Assembly (NCBI GenBank): GCA_964014485.1
Contig: CAXHAT010000048.1
Span: 1-43,256 of the forward strand
Direction: 5' to 3'
Origin: an uncultured Deferribacteres bacterium
GTDB taxonomy: Bacteria; Zhuqueibacterota; Zhuqueibacteria; Zhuqueibacterales; Geothermadaptataceae
DNA: 43,256 bases
Shown: positions 43,246-43,256 of the stretch, in pieces
Numbering within the stretch: position 1 is the stretch's first letter
Layout of the letters: every line of letters starts with the position of its first letter
Notes under the pieces: model-generated
Database searches by the model: none
Told to the model about the DNA's origin: nothing
Seen by the model: the letters and a program-made list of their open reading frames with translations, nothing else
Translations under genes and position numbers: made by a program

Positions 43246-43256
43246 TCAATCGCGCA

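Overview
Bacterial chromosomal window, most likely from a non-Bacteroidota member of the FCB superphylum (KSB1/Calditrichota-like). This is inferred from the 'L.QNYPNPFNP.T.I' FlgD-Ig/T9SS-type C-terminal domains, a PorP/SprF homologue, abundant D(S/T)-hydrophobic motifs in exported proteins, and SpoVG. From left to right: (i) 1-3170 is the end of a Mu-like transposable prophage early operon (transposase tail, HTH-AAA+ ATPase, hypothetical, GemA, an unusual nested double-HTH protein). It stops at paired palindromic sites, a 23-codon ORF stub and a 116-bp MITE-like element. (ii) An M23 peptidase and a 1981-aa IgGFc-binding/11xIg surface protein with a type-A sorting domain lie on the minus strand. 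(iii) Divergent from these, across about 1.25 kb, is a tightly coupled 14-kb, 9-gene operon (11680-25613): a TPR-rod lipoprotein, an FG-GAP/Ig adhesin with a type-B T9SS CTD, an extended PorP/SprF barrel, an ExbB/TolQ fused to Big_1-like Ig domains, two ExbD/TolR, a TonB-like linker protein with an unrecognised C-domain, a TPR lipoprotein, and a second TonB-anchor-like protein. This is the best candidate for an undescribed system: a proton-motive-force ExbBD/TonB-type motor genetically wired to T9SS type-B cargo, with an inventory resembling the myxobacterial Agl-Glt gliding machine. (iv) 25.6-43 kb holds mostly housekeeping and accessory genes: a catalytically degenerate ketosynthase, tpx, Fpg/Nei, zinc-ribbon-TPR, SirB1-like, GT2, a clan GH-A hydrolase, a TAP-like peptidase, a BNR propeller with CTD, Uma2, a YbbP-like permease, spoVG and an IlvD/Edd dehydratase. 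Three different REP-type palindromes are present. No rRNA, tRNA or CRISPR array was seen. All family assignments come from motif recognition by eye; no searches were run.
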